Of a stretch of 64,000 nucleotides of DNA, positions 1-10,562 are shown in pieces (position 1 is the stretch's first letter; every line of letters starts with the position of its first letter). Under the pieces are notes generated by a model, which did not search any database, was not told where the DNA came from, and saw nothing but the letters and a program-made list of their open reading frames with translations. The DNA lies in assembly GCF_964355755.1 (NCBI RefSeq), contig NC_092671.1:11408001-11472000 (forward strand), in the 5' to 3' direction. This DNA is from Antedon mediterranea. Taxonomy: Eukaryota; Animalia; Echinodermata. The translations under genes and the position numbers were made by a program.

Positions 1-47
1 GTTTAGTATTAATTAATCCGTCTCAGTGTTTTCGGGTGAAGGCTAAA

Positions 48-223
48 TCTATTGGTCACTATTGTGGGCGGAGCTTCCTAATTATTAAAGAACGTCTGAC
101 CAAGCGTAATCGTCTCGAGAAGGTTTATTACTGTTATTAATTAAGCTATTGGTCACTATTGTGGGCGGGGCTTCCTAATTACTAAAGAATGTCTGACCAA
201 TCGTAATCGTCGCGGGAAGGTTT
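48..223 (+). promoter_or_regulatory. Two ~97-bp direct repeats, each with an ATTGG (CCAAT) box and a GGGCGG (GC) box, upstream of the pPolB ATG
   Basis: ctattggtcactattgtgggcggagcttcctaatta...gtctgacca..cgtaatcgtc..gaaggttt occurs twice (about 49-126 and 146-223). Promoter role is inferred from position and motifs. Confidence 0.55.
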
Positions 224-311
224 TAATAACCGTGTGTTACTTGTTTAGTTCATCATTCATTTACTAATTCTTCAAAGTTTCGGTACCGATTTTTTTCTTC
301 AAAGTTTCACA

Positions 312-3300
312 ATGTCTCAATTCGCTTCTTCCTCAACTGATTCTAACGATAGTTTATTTATCGAGTGTCAAAGAGCTGTTGACTTATCTGACGATAATGT
401 CCCAGATGTGGGTTTACTAGAGGATTTTGTGTTTGGAGACCAGGACTTTGATTTACCGGTCAGTCAAAGTATTTCTGAAACCGGTAGTCTTTCTCTTACG
501 GATATATGTGATAACGCCATAGAGATTGTTCAAGATCTATCGGAAAGTTTAATAATTGATCACGTAGAAGTAAGTGTTTTTTGTTTATTATATTTTTAAC
601 GTAATAATTTTTTTCATTACCGTATATAACTCGTAGAGTAGCTAATGTGTAAACGAATGTGCTTCTGCGTTTACAGTACCATCGCGTTTCCTTTCTAATT
701 TTTATTTATTTATTTATTTATTTTATTTATTTTTTGTTTGTTTTCTTTAGTATGGTATTGGTGCACACACCAAATGTTTGAAAATGAGGGAATGTGTTGA
801 GGATAGTGATTCTCAGGAGTCTTCGGTTATTGAGGTAACTATCATTTTATTTTCTTTGCTATTGGTGTTGCTGTATTACATCGTTTATTTCTATTTTTTT
901 ACCGTTTTACTTTTTTATTTCAGCCTGTACCGGTACAATACGGGAAAGGAGCCAACAGGAAAAGACCAAGGATAGCCGAAGAAGAAGAAGTTGACGATAA
1001 TGACAGCGATGAATTGAACCTTGACGAGGTAGATTTGAGTCATTTTTGTAGTATTAACCGCTTAGCTGATAGGTTTAACCAGCGTTTTAACGCCACGATT
1101 AGCGATTTTACGGTTAAATTTTTTAATGTAGATCATTTAAGTTTAGAGGTGTTCCTTCCCACTCTATATAGAATTTTCGAACATGTCGTCGATAATCTTT
1201 GCATTAAAAACGTGCATGTCGACGATATGCTTCGGATAGTTATTCAAGCTGAGGGGTTGGATACACCCATCTCTATTCCTTTTGGACGGAGGGCCCATCT
1301 GACAGCTGATGTTATTTTTGCAGCCATCATGAAGGTCCTTCAGTCCAAAACGGATATTTTAATTAACAACAAATTTAAGTTTAACGTTCTCCATATGAGA
1401 ATGCCTAGGGGTGGGGGCTATAGAAGAAACGGTATCGACAAACTGCTTAATGCTAAAAGCATAATTAAGATTAAGAATGATGGTAACGAAACTATCTGCT
1501 GCGCACGCGCAATTGTCACGGGTATTTCTATGCTCGAAGACAAAATTAATAACGTTACTAGGTGGAATAATGTTAGACAGGGTAAAGGTGAGCAAAAAAC
1601 AGCCGCCCTTCATTTACTTAGAGATTCGGGGGTTAGGGAGCAAACTTGCGGCATCGAGGAATTAAAAAAGATGCAATCCAAATTACCAAATTATCAAATT
1701 ATTGTCCTTTCTAAAGACAATTTAAATTCTGTAATTTTTAGCGGCGATTATTGTAAGAAGCAGATATATCTTTACCATCATTCTAATCATTATGATCTTA
1801 TAACGACTATGACAGGCTTTTTAAAAGTTTTTTATTTTTGTGATAGATGTTTTACAGGTTATACACACAAGTATTCTCACAAGTGTCAATACACGTGCGT
1901 ACTCTGTAAGCATCACGAATGTGACCCTTCTATTAACGTATCTGTAAATAATACTGTAGAGTGTAAAGAGTGCAATAGATTTTTTAAAAACCAGCAATGT
2001 TTCACCAATCATAAAAAATCTCCTGATTCTAAAAAAGTTTCAGTATGTGACAAAATTAAAAATTGTACAACTTGTGATAGGATCATTCAAAAAGATCACA
2101 ATTGTCATAACCGTTTTTGTAGAATTTGTCGGACTTTCGTTTCATACGATCATCAATGCTACATGGAACCGGTTGTAGCCCCTAAACATGCTGAAAAACA
2201 GTTTAAGAATCAGGAGGACCAAAAAAGGGCTGTCACTAAATATTTCTTTTTTGATTTTGAATGCACGCAAGAAACTGGCGAACACAAACCAAATTTATGC
2301 GTTCTTCAAAAAACCTGTCTTAATTGTATCGATGGTGCTAATGACTCTGCCGAGTGTGACGTGTGTGGGGAGAAATCAATGACTTTTCACGGGGAGACTG
2401 CATGCGTAGATTTCTGCAATTACATTTTTAACGAATACAAATATAATCATAACATTACGTGTATCGCTCACAACCTCCAGGGCTACGATAGTTACTTCGT
2501 GCTCGAGTACCTATACAAAAACTGTATTGTACCAGATATTATTGCACGCGGTGGTAAACCTATTTCAATTAAGGTTAAAGAAACGAGTATCCGATTCATT
2601 GATTCCCTTTCATTTCTACCCATGTCTCTATCCAAATTACCCAAAACTTTTGGCATCTCCGAGCTAAAAAAAGGTTACTTTCCTCATTATTTCAATACTT
2701 TAGAAAATAAAAATTACGTAGGTCCTTATCCCGATTCTTCCACCTATTCCCCCGATAAAATGACTACTTCAGGCCGAGATTCATTCTTTAAATGGTATAA
2801 TCAGAAAATTGTAACTAATCAAATTTTCAATCTCCAAAAAGAACTCGTCGAGTATTGCATCAGCGATGTGGATATTCTCAGAAAGTGTTGCCTTACTTTT
2901 AGGCATCTTTTTTTGAAAGTAACTACATCGCCGAAAAACCCTCTACTCGGAGGCGTTGACCCCTTTTCAAATAATTTAATGACAATTGCCTCTGCGTGTA
3001 ATCACGTCTTTTCTAGAAATTTTTTAAAACCATCCACCATCGCTTTATTTCCTCCATCAGGGTATCTAACAACCGTTAACCATTCTCACTCTAGCATGGA
3101 ATGGTTGTGCTACGAGTCGCATAAAAGGGGGGTCTTTATCCATCATGCGAGAAATGGAGGGGAAAAAATGTTTGGGCCTTACTTTGTCGACGGCGCATGT
3201 TTAGAAAACAAAATTATTTTTGAATTTATGGGTTGTTTGTTCCACGGGTGCCAAGATTGTTATAGATCCGATTCCATTAACCCCTTCACTAACGAAACCA

Positions 3301-4838
3301 TGTTGGAATGCTTTGTCAAGACAAGCAAGAAAACACGGTTTCTGAAGGAGCAATTTCCAGATTTTGATTACGTCGAAATTTGGGGACACGAATGGAAACG
3401 GATCAAGCAATCGCTGGCCCCTAACATTAAATCTATCGTCTCCAAAGTTCCTTTCATTAGGAAAACTTTGAATCCAAGAGACGCGTTTTTCGGTGGGAGG
3501 ACTAATGCCAGTTGTTTGTTCTATAAGGTAAAACCGGGTGAAGAAATTAATTACATCGATTATACTTCCTTGTACCCTTATGTAAATAAATACGGTACCT
3601 ACCCCGTAGGACATCCTGAAATCGATGATCGCAAAGACATGTCCACAGATATCAACGAATATTTCGGTTTGATAAAGTGTACTATCGAAGCGCCTAAAAA
3701 TCTATTCCATCCAGTCTTACCTTATAGATCAAACGGTAAATTAATGTTTGCTCTCTGTAGAACATGCGTCGATTCTCAACAACAAACCGCTTGCAATCAT
3801 TCTGGTACAGATAGAGAATTTACAGGTTCTTGGGCAACGATCGAGGTCGCTAAAGCCGTGGAGGTTGGGTACGAGATACGTAAAGTTCACGTAGTATGGC
3901 ACTTTAAAAATAAAAGCGCGTACTCTGCAGATTCTCCCTCGTCCGGTCTATTTGCCTCTTACATTAACACATTTTTAAAATTGAAACAAGAAGCTTCGGG
4001 TTGGCCTGAATGGTGTAAAACGCCCGAAGATAAACAAAAATATATTTCGGACTATCGAACCGTAGAAGGTATCGACTTGAATCATGACGACATTGCGTAC
4101 AATCCTGGGCTTCGATCTCTGGCCAAATTAATGCTAAATAGTTTTTGGGGTAAATTTGGTCAGCGTGAAAATCTCACGAGAATTAAATATACGCAAGATC
4201 CTAACGAGGTTTACGATATTTTATCGAACCCACGGGTAGTCGTTCATGATCTAAATTTTGTTAATGATGATTTGGCTGAAATAAAATACGAAGACGAGGA
4301 ACAATTTGTTGAAGTTAACCGAAAGGTTAACGTTGTCATTGCCGCATTTACCACTGCGCTAGCGCGTTTAAAATTATACGAGCTGTTGGAGAAATTACAG
4401 GAACGTGTCCTGTATTACGATACCGACAGCGTAATCTACGTGTCAAAACCCGGGGTTTGGGACCCTCCCCTGGGCGACTACTTGGGTCAGTTAACGACCG
4501 AGGTCGACCCTAAAGACGGTAAGTACATCGAGTCCTTTGTTTCTGGGGGGGCTAAGAACTACGCCTATAAATTGGATACTGGGAAGACCGTTTGTAAAGT
4601 TAAAGGTTTTACCCTTAATTTTACAAACGCTCAGAAAATTAACTTTGACACCGTCTCCAATATGGTAAGAGGTATTGGTCCTAATACAATTAAGACAGTT
4701 GAGAAGAATCGCATAACGCGCAAGCCAAAAACACGTAAGATAGTCAACGAAACATCGACTAAAGACTATCGAATCGTGTACGATAAAAGAATTATTATCG
4801 AAAATTATCGTACAGTTCCTTACGGTTATGTTTGGTAA
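312..4838 (+). CDS. Protein-primed family B DNA polymerase (pPolB), spliced; exons 312-569, 751-834, 924-4838 (about 1418 aa)
   Basis: ORF 1014-4838 has exonuclease motifs (FFDFEC, AHNLQGYD, YCISDV) and polymerase motifs (DYTSLYP, KLMLNSFWGKFG, YYDTDS). It also has an OTU-like C/H pair (ICCARAI...HYDLIT), Cys-rich Zn fingers and a VSR-like insert (VDG..EFMGCLFHGC). GT-AG introns 570-750 and 835-923 are both phase 0 and join the ATG at 312 in frame. Confidence 0.93.
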
Positions 4839-4949
4839 ATCACTGCAATAAATTTCATCTTTTTTTCTTTTAAAATATAACTTACTTTTTTTATATATAA
4901 ATAATTAATTGTTACTTTTTATGTAATTTCATGCACTCAATTTCCTTTA

Positions 4950-5340
4950 TAAATTCGTTTCCTTTTTTGTAGCTTAAGCAAAATATATTTGTAGTTTTAA
5001 TGTAAATATTTTTATACATGTTTTTAATCAAATTTTCTTTTAATTTTGTTTATAAAGTCGGTACCGTTTCTCTGTTAGTAGATTAAGTAAATATATTTTG
5101 TAATTTTAATTTAAATATTTTTTACATTTGAATTCTTATGTCGTTACCGTTTCCTTTTTTGTAGTTTAAGCAAATTATATTTTAAGTTTTAATGTAAATA
5201 TTTTTTATACATTTTCAATTTTGTTTATAAAGTTTATAAAGTCGATACCGTTTCTATTTTTGTAGATAAAGTAAATATATTTTGTAATTTTAATTTAAAT
5301 ATTTTTTCCTTTTGAATTCTTATATCGTTACCGTTTCAAA
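4950..5340. repeat. AT-rich imperfect ~95-bp repeats between the convergent pPolB and Bcl-2-like genes
   Basis: Recurrent (c)cgtttc...tgtag..taag(c/t)aaa..tatattt...ttttaat(g/t)taaatattttt, about 4 copies. AATAAA at about 4847 follows the pPolB stop. Confidence 0.6.
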
Positions 5341-5738
5341 TTTATTTTTGTAAATAATTATTTTCTTTATCATAATTTTGTTTTACGAGAAATAAATGTA
5401 TACACCGTACTTGTTTATAATATTATATACTTGTCTGTTTCTTAACGTAGACGACGACGATGACGACGACAACAACAACAACAACAAAAGACATGCGTAG
5501 TGTTGACTGTATTTTTATTTTATCCTATCCAATATAAATATTGTAATCTCTCCTCTTCCTTGTTTAAATATTTTATTTATCCAATGTCACCAAACAGTTT
5601 GTTCCAGCAAGGCTATACAAATGCCTACTAGTCAGTCGATCAAGTACCATGCTCTGTTAATTCCTAGCTTCTTACTACACAGAACAAGTTCCTATAAATA
5701 ATAATAATAATAATAATAAATAAAAGATAATATAAAAA

Positions 5739-6143
5739 TCACTTAATTACTAAAATGAGAATGACAAGAAAAAGAAATTTACTTACCAAATCACTGTCGT
5801 TACAAAGTTCCAATAAAGAAAACTTTTCCTTCACAAATTCGCAGGATACGCGTTTAACGATTTCTAATTCTAAATCAGTATCACACTGTATTGCAACACG
5901 TGCGCACACTGAAATTCCTGTCACGAGTCTACCGACGTGTATATTTTGGTCTATCATCATTTCTTTCAACACACTATCCAACGTCTCCGTAGTAATGTCT
6001 TTACACAAGGCAATCAAACCATACTTTTTCTCCACCTCGTTACAAAGGCGAATAGTACTATAAAGGATTGGGGAGTCCCACACAACTACCCCCGTTAATT
6101 TATATTCAATGTACGATAAAGTCAGTTTTTCCAAATCTGCCAT
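5739..6143 (-). CDS. Bcl-2-family-like (viral Bcl-2) protein with C-terminal membrane anchor
   Basis: BH4-like LTLSYIEYKL, BH3-like IRLCNEVEKKY, BH1-like VLKEMMIDQNIHVGRLVT, and a hydrophobic tail FLFLVILILVIK; 134 aa. Confidence 0.7.
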   Translation of the reverse strand: MADLEKLTLSYIEYKLTGVVVWDSPILYSTIRLCNEVEKKYGLIALCKDITTETLDSVLKEMMIDQNIHVGRLVTGISVCARVAIQCDTDLELEIVKRVSCEFVKEKFSLLELCNDSDLVSKFLFLVILILVIK

Positions 6144-6376
6144 TTCTCTCTCTACTAGTATACAGACGCTAATGACGTTGGAATTGATTTTTTAGGTTTT
6201 GATATACAATCATTTGTTAACGTAATTATCCTTATTAAGCTCCTATTGGTTTATAATATCGGCCCTCTCTCTCTCTTTCATTAGTTGACAGTTTTTAAAA
6301 TAGAGTGATGTGGATAAGGAACCCCCCTCGTTATAAAATACCGATATACAAAAGCTATGACTCATTGAAACTGAAG

Positions 6377-7013
6377 ATGACGTGTGTACTGGTAACCCCC
6401 TTCACCGCCGTAATTAGCGGACCGACCTCATCGGGAAAATCATATTTCGTGAAGCAGTTATTGGAAAGTAATTATTTCGACAAGCCGTTCAATGACATCA
6501 CGTGGTGTTATGGGGAATATCAGCCCCTTTTCACCGAACTGAGCGGGTCTATTAACAACATTCAATTTATAGAGGGGATACCTATGGATTCGATAGAAAC
6601 GATGGAACCGTCAAAAAACCATTTAGTAATCATCGATGATTTAATGACCGAAGTGTAGCCGCGATAAAAGAGTAGTAAACATGTTTACAAAGGGATCGCA
6701 TCATAGAAACATTTCGGTTATATTCATTATGCAAAACTTTTTTTACGGTTCTAAAGAAATCCGCACCATTACTTTAAACGCTCACTACATAATACTATTT
6801 AAAAACCCTCGGGATAAATCACAAATAGCTAATCTATCTAAACAAATGTACCCCGGTAAAGGACGTTTTTTACAGGAGGCTTTTGAAGACGCTACCCGCG
6901 TACCGTACGGTTTTCTTTTAATCGATCTAAAAGCAAATACCCCTGAGGAAATGAGGGTTAGAAGTAACATATTTTCAAAAACCAATCACTTTGTTTACGT
7001 GCCTAGAATATAA
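6377..7013 (+). pseudogene. A32/FtsK-like DNA packaging ATPase interrupted by a +1 frameshift near 6653
   Basis: Walker A GPTSSGKS and Walker B LVIIDD lie in ORF 6305-6658; SHHRNISV...IRTITLNAHY lies in ORF 6681-7013. Deleting one G in gaa-g-tgt-agc-cgc-gat restores DDLMTECSRDKRVVNMFTKG. TATAAAA at about 6332. Confidence 0.88.
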
Positions 7014-7062
7014 AACGCAGCCTGTACCGTTCTATTTATTCATTTACCTGTTTACCAACATC

Positions 7063-7389
7063 ATGTCGAAACGTATCAAAAAGAACGCTGAAACTATTCG
7101 TTTCCTAGCCCACTGTTCACCGCGTCAAAGAAAAATTATCTTGGAAAACGCGGACGATCAACTGGTGACGGCTTTGTGCGAATGCGCAATGAATGTTTTA
7201 AAAGGTCGAGTGCAAGTATCCAACGCTCACAAGAAGAAGTTGGCTCGGTACAAGAAACACATACGCGATATTACCAATAAAAGCATTTCGCCTCTCAAGA
7301 GAAAACGTTTACTTATTCAAAAGGGCGGCTTCCTCGGTCTTATATTACAACCGATTCTACAAACATTGGGTAGTTTACTATTGAAATAA
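7063..7389 (+). CDS. Conserved small basic Polinton protein with QKGG site and C-terminal amphipathic helix
   Basis: MSKRIKKN...LCECAMNVLKG...LLIQKGG-FLGLILQPILQTLGSLLLK; TATAAAA at about 7009; occupies the usual position after the ATPase. Confidence 0.8.
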   Translation: MSKRIKKNAETIRFLAHCSPRQRKIILENADDQLVTALCECAMNVLKGRVQVSNAHKKKLARYKKHIRDITNKSISPLKRKRLLIQKGGFLGLILQPILQTLGSLLLK

Positions 7390-8159
7390 TGCAGCATACC
7401 AAGAAAATGGTATTGATACCCCAAGAACTGGCAAATACGGCTCTGTACAGTAAACGTTACGAGAAAAATCACGAGACAATCACTTCTGGTTTAGATAATT
7501 CTATGAAGGGTATACTCGAAAGGGATGACTTGCACGATTACGATAAAATTACCATGTACAATCAAGTACTTCAACGATATTTAAATAAAGAGAAACCCGT
7601 AAATAACCCTTCACCTATGAGCTTGAACGTACAACAAACGGGGAACGTTGAAATAAACGAAAATGGCGCAGAATCTAAAGAAGATTATACGGACTCTATA
7701 TCTAAAGAAATACTACAAAGTATGCCCTCATCGTTGAAATCCAAAACAAAAACATTTCTGGACCGACTAGACCGTTACCGGAAGATGGGAGTAATTGATT
7801 GGTCAAGATACGGTGAACTACTAATCGAAGGACAAATGGTAAAGGGGAGTAATTTACTAGATTTGACTAAAGATATAATACAAGAAAAGAAAGGATTTGA
7901 ACCTATAGGCTGGAGGGATTTTATAACGGTATTGGCGAAATTGAACACCCCAGAAAGTTTGATTGGAAATCCGACGAGACGTCGTACCTTACAAAGAATT
8001 AAATCGAGCGGTACACCTCCTCACGCACTACCTAAACGAAAGAATGAGGAGGATTATGACCTCGATGACGATGATGATGAGGATGAAAAACTTACCTTTC
8101 GAGCGCCTGCCAAGAGGCGTTCAACTAGACAACCTAAACCTAAATGGTTAAATTTTTAA
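7389..8159 (+). CDS. Conserved Polinton hypothetical protein
   Basis: 256-aa ORF with TAATG stop/start overlap. Motifs W...GELLIEG...GSNLLDL...P.GW..F...L...NTPESLIGN are typical of this Polinton ORF as recalled; acidic/basic tail. Confidence 0.75.
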   Translation: MQHTKKMVLIPQELANTALYSKRYEKNHETITSGLDNSMKGILERDDLHDYDKITMYNQVLQRYLNKEKPVNNPSPMSLNVQQTGNVEINENGAESKEDYTDSISKEILQSMPSSLKSKTKTFLDRLDRYRKMGVIDWSRYGELLIEGQMVKGSNLLDLTKDIIQEKKGFEPIGWRDFITVLAKLNTPESLIGNPTRRRTLQRIKSSGTPPHALPKRKNEEDYDLDDDDDEDEKLTFRAPAKRRSTRQPKPKWLNF

Positions 8160-8298
8160 AAAACATTAATCTTTATGTACTATAATGAGGAAAGGAGTTG
8201 AATAAAAAAAAGAAATAAACTCTAATTTGTTGTTGTAGTCGTTCGATAAATAAAACGTCCAAAACATATCCATTTAAAAAAAAAACAATTTTTATTTA

Positions 8299-8823
8299 CT
8301 ACGCATTCAATAACATTTTGACAAATTGTACTTTAATATATTCACTATCGTATACGGGTAAGTTAACATCGTATCGACGTTTTACAAAATCATTGACGAA
8401 CCAATCATTGGATGGTTTATCTTTACCAAACATATTTACTATCGTGGACGTATCCACTCTTCTACATTTATGAAGAATATAAAAAATACAATACTGTCCG
8501 CATACCGTAGACAAGGGCGCTTGTAACGCTTTATCGTTAAATGTCCAACTTTCTACAGAGTTATCGAGAAAATTAACAAAATGATTACTATAGTAATTTG
8601 GGGGGTTCCCAAAAGAATCGAAAAATTCACCTTTGTTTAAGTTGTTAAAAAAGAAAGCTACCCAGTGCGAACCGTTTTGATTGCTAGGCTCAACGTTTGC
8701 TATGTAAGCTCTAGGATATCCCGTATGCCCTAAAGGTAACAAGTCAGACGGGTACACCCCTCGAAAGTATCCACTAGCCAACGGATCTGATTTAATTAAC
8801 CTCAATAGTTGTATCGTGTTCAT
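8299..8823 (-). CDS. Adenain-type cysteine maturation protease
   Basis: Catalytic H (GSHWV), D (FFDSFG), Q and C (STVCGQYC). Confidence 0.93.
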   Translation of the reverse strand: MNTIQLLRLIKSDPLASGYFRGVYPSDLLPLGHTGYPRAYIANVEPSNQNGSHWVAFFFNNLNKGEFFDSFGNPPNYYSNHFVNFLDNSVESWTFNDKALQAPLSTVCGQYCIFYILHKCRRVDTSTIVNMFGKDKPSNDWFVNDFVKRRYDVNLPVYDSEYIKVQFVKMLLNA

Positions 8824-8825
8824 AA

Positions 8826-10148
8826 TTAAAAATCTATAATTACGTTACGAGACTTGTCAATTTCTATGATTGAATCAAATTCTGAATAAACTAAAATGTT
8901 GATGGTCTCGGTCAAAGCCGTAGAAAACTGAATTTCTAAACGTATATTTCCTTGCCGAATTAGATTAAAATGTCCGGCATTTGCCAAATCGGGAGTCAGG
9001 TCAAAAGCAAACAACGAATAGCCTTTAGGATAATCGTCTCTAGAAATCTGATTTCCGGTATCCTGGAACAACGTGTTAGAACCCGAAAATAGACTCTGAT
9101 ACGCCAGCATGTAGTTGCCTCCGTCTTCGAACTTTGGTTTTAACGGTTTCCACGGTACTTGATCACCGTCAATATATAGAGCCAGGAAATTGGTGTTGAA
9201 ATGTTGAAAATTGTAGGGGTTCTTCTCGTAGCTACCGTTGAATGCTTCGGTGGTCACCAGTCCTACAACCAGTCGTTTTGGTAGATTACCGTTGTACAGC
9301 GATTCCCTCGTAAACGATAGATTCCCGCGCGGTATAGTTAATGTCTTGACCTCAACGCGACGCAGCGGGTATTTGGCCGGACCGCGTTCCAGAGCTTTTG
9401 CGTGGGCTAGCGCGATAGACGGGTTCAGGCGGACCTTGCGAACAAACAAAGACGCGTCTTCCAGGCGGATCTTAAAACCGGCCGCGGCGTCTGAAGACAT
9501 GAGACTAAATGCGTTTTTACTTCGATGCAGTTTAATTTTGACATCTACACCGTTGAGCATCATTCGATCTTGGAAAAATATATCGCAATGAATAGGTCCA
9601 ATCAAGTCGACAAAACGACTACCACCAATGTATTGAGCCCGTTTTTTAAGGCCTATATTCACCGCATTTTCGGCTAGTGTAGGGTCAGCTACATCCATTT
9701 TACCTGCCGTGTCTTTATGAAACAACCCACCCGTGAGGTGTGTATTCTTGGCATCGGATCCATAAGTCAGTAATGTTTCAATTAATGCCCTATACGAATA
9801 AGTATTTGTCGAAGGGGTAATCAATCTCTCGTTCAAAGAAACGTCAACTTCGCTAAACAATGATTGCAAAAGTAAATTGGCAGGGCCTACCGGATCGGCG
9901 GGCTGGAGATCGGTTCCGTCTTGTTTAGTAATTTTTAGTTTAACATTAAGCATCGTCTGCGACAAATCCATGTATTCCTCGCTGGACCCTTGTATGTTGA
10001 ATTGCAAGGGGCCCACGTCGGTGATGCTGTTGAAAGGGTGATATTGCACCCATTGTCCTTTGGTTATACTAGTCTGTGTCGGTGGTACAGAAAACAAGTC
10101 CAATTCCGATTTTAAACACTCGCACGAGTGATTGTGTACAAAAGCCAT
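8826..10148 (-). CDS. Major capsid protein (double jelly-roll, PY/hexon-like)
   Basis: 440 aa; N-terminal C.KSELDLF.VPPTQ and C-terminal FAFDLTPD..G.IRLE..F are characteristic of the Polinton MCP. Confidence 0.92.
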   Translation of the reverse strand: MAFVHNHSCECLKSELDLFSVPPTQTSITKGQWVQYHPFNSITDVGPLQFNIQGSSEEYMDLSQTMLNVKLKITKQDGTDLQPADPVGPANLLLQSLFSEVDVSLNERLITPSTNTYSYRALIETLLTYGSDAKNTHLTGGLFHKDTAGKMDVADPTLAENAVNIGLKKRAQYIGGSRFVDLIGPIHCDIFFQDRMMLNGVDVKIKLHRSKNAFSLMSSDAAAGFKIRLEDASLFVRKVRLNPSIALAHAKALERGPAKYPLRRVEVKTLTIPRGNLSFTRESLYNGNLPKRLVVGLVTTEAFNGSYEKNPYNFQHFNTNFLALYIDGDQVPWKPLKPKFEDGGNYMLAYQSLFSGSNTLFQDTGNQISRDDYPKGYSLFAFDLTPDLANAGHFNLIRQGNIRLEIQFSTALTETINILVYSEFDSIIEIDKSRNVIIDF

Positions 10149-10151
10149 TTT

Positions 10152-10538
10152 TTAGATATCGAATATATCGGAGGATCTTCTTACTCTCTTTGCGTTCGAT
10201 CGACTGATGCCTTTACGCTTACGTTTTCTCTTTTTATTCACCCTACCGTTACCATTTTGGGAAACGATACGTTGACCCGCCTGAGTAAATCTGCGTTTTG
10301 CAGCTTGTTTAACGTTTTTACCGCTCAGAACATCTCCCACTAATTCGCCACCCGTGCGCAATGCTTGTTTTCCGAGAGCCTTTGCACCTTTCTTTAGCAG
10401 CGGTACAGCCTGTTTAAAGAGACCGGACAAGATACCTCCCAACCCGAACCCTCTTTGATTGTACGACCCTTGGAACACCGGTATGTCGATACCTCCAGCC
10501 TGTCTGACGTAGTAATCTTCGTAATCATCTGCCCCCAT
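10152..10538 (-). CDS. Basic core/DNA-condensing-like protein (pVII-like)
   Basis: YYVRQAGG, QRGFGLGG and QNGNG motifs plus an Arg/Lys-rich tail; lies between mCP and MCP. Confidence 0.78.
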   Translation of the reverse strand: MGADDYEDYYVRQAGGIDIPVFQGSYNQRGFGLGGILSGLFKQAVPLLKKGAKALGKQALRTGGELVGDVLSGKNVKQAAKRRFTQAGQRIVSQNGNGRVNKKRKRKRKGISRSNAKRVRRSSDIFDI

Positions 10539-10562
10539 CTTTATTTATTTGTTGTTGTTTTT

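Noticed and set aside
6650-6683. Programmed frameshift or stop read-through in the ATPase
   Set aside because: The two halves are in different frames, so read-through cannot join them, and there is no slippery heptamer; a simple 1-nt insertion explains it.
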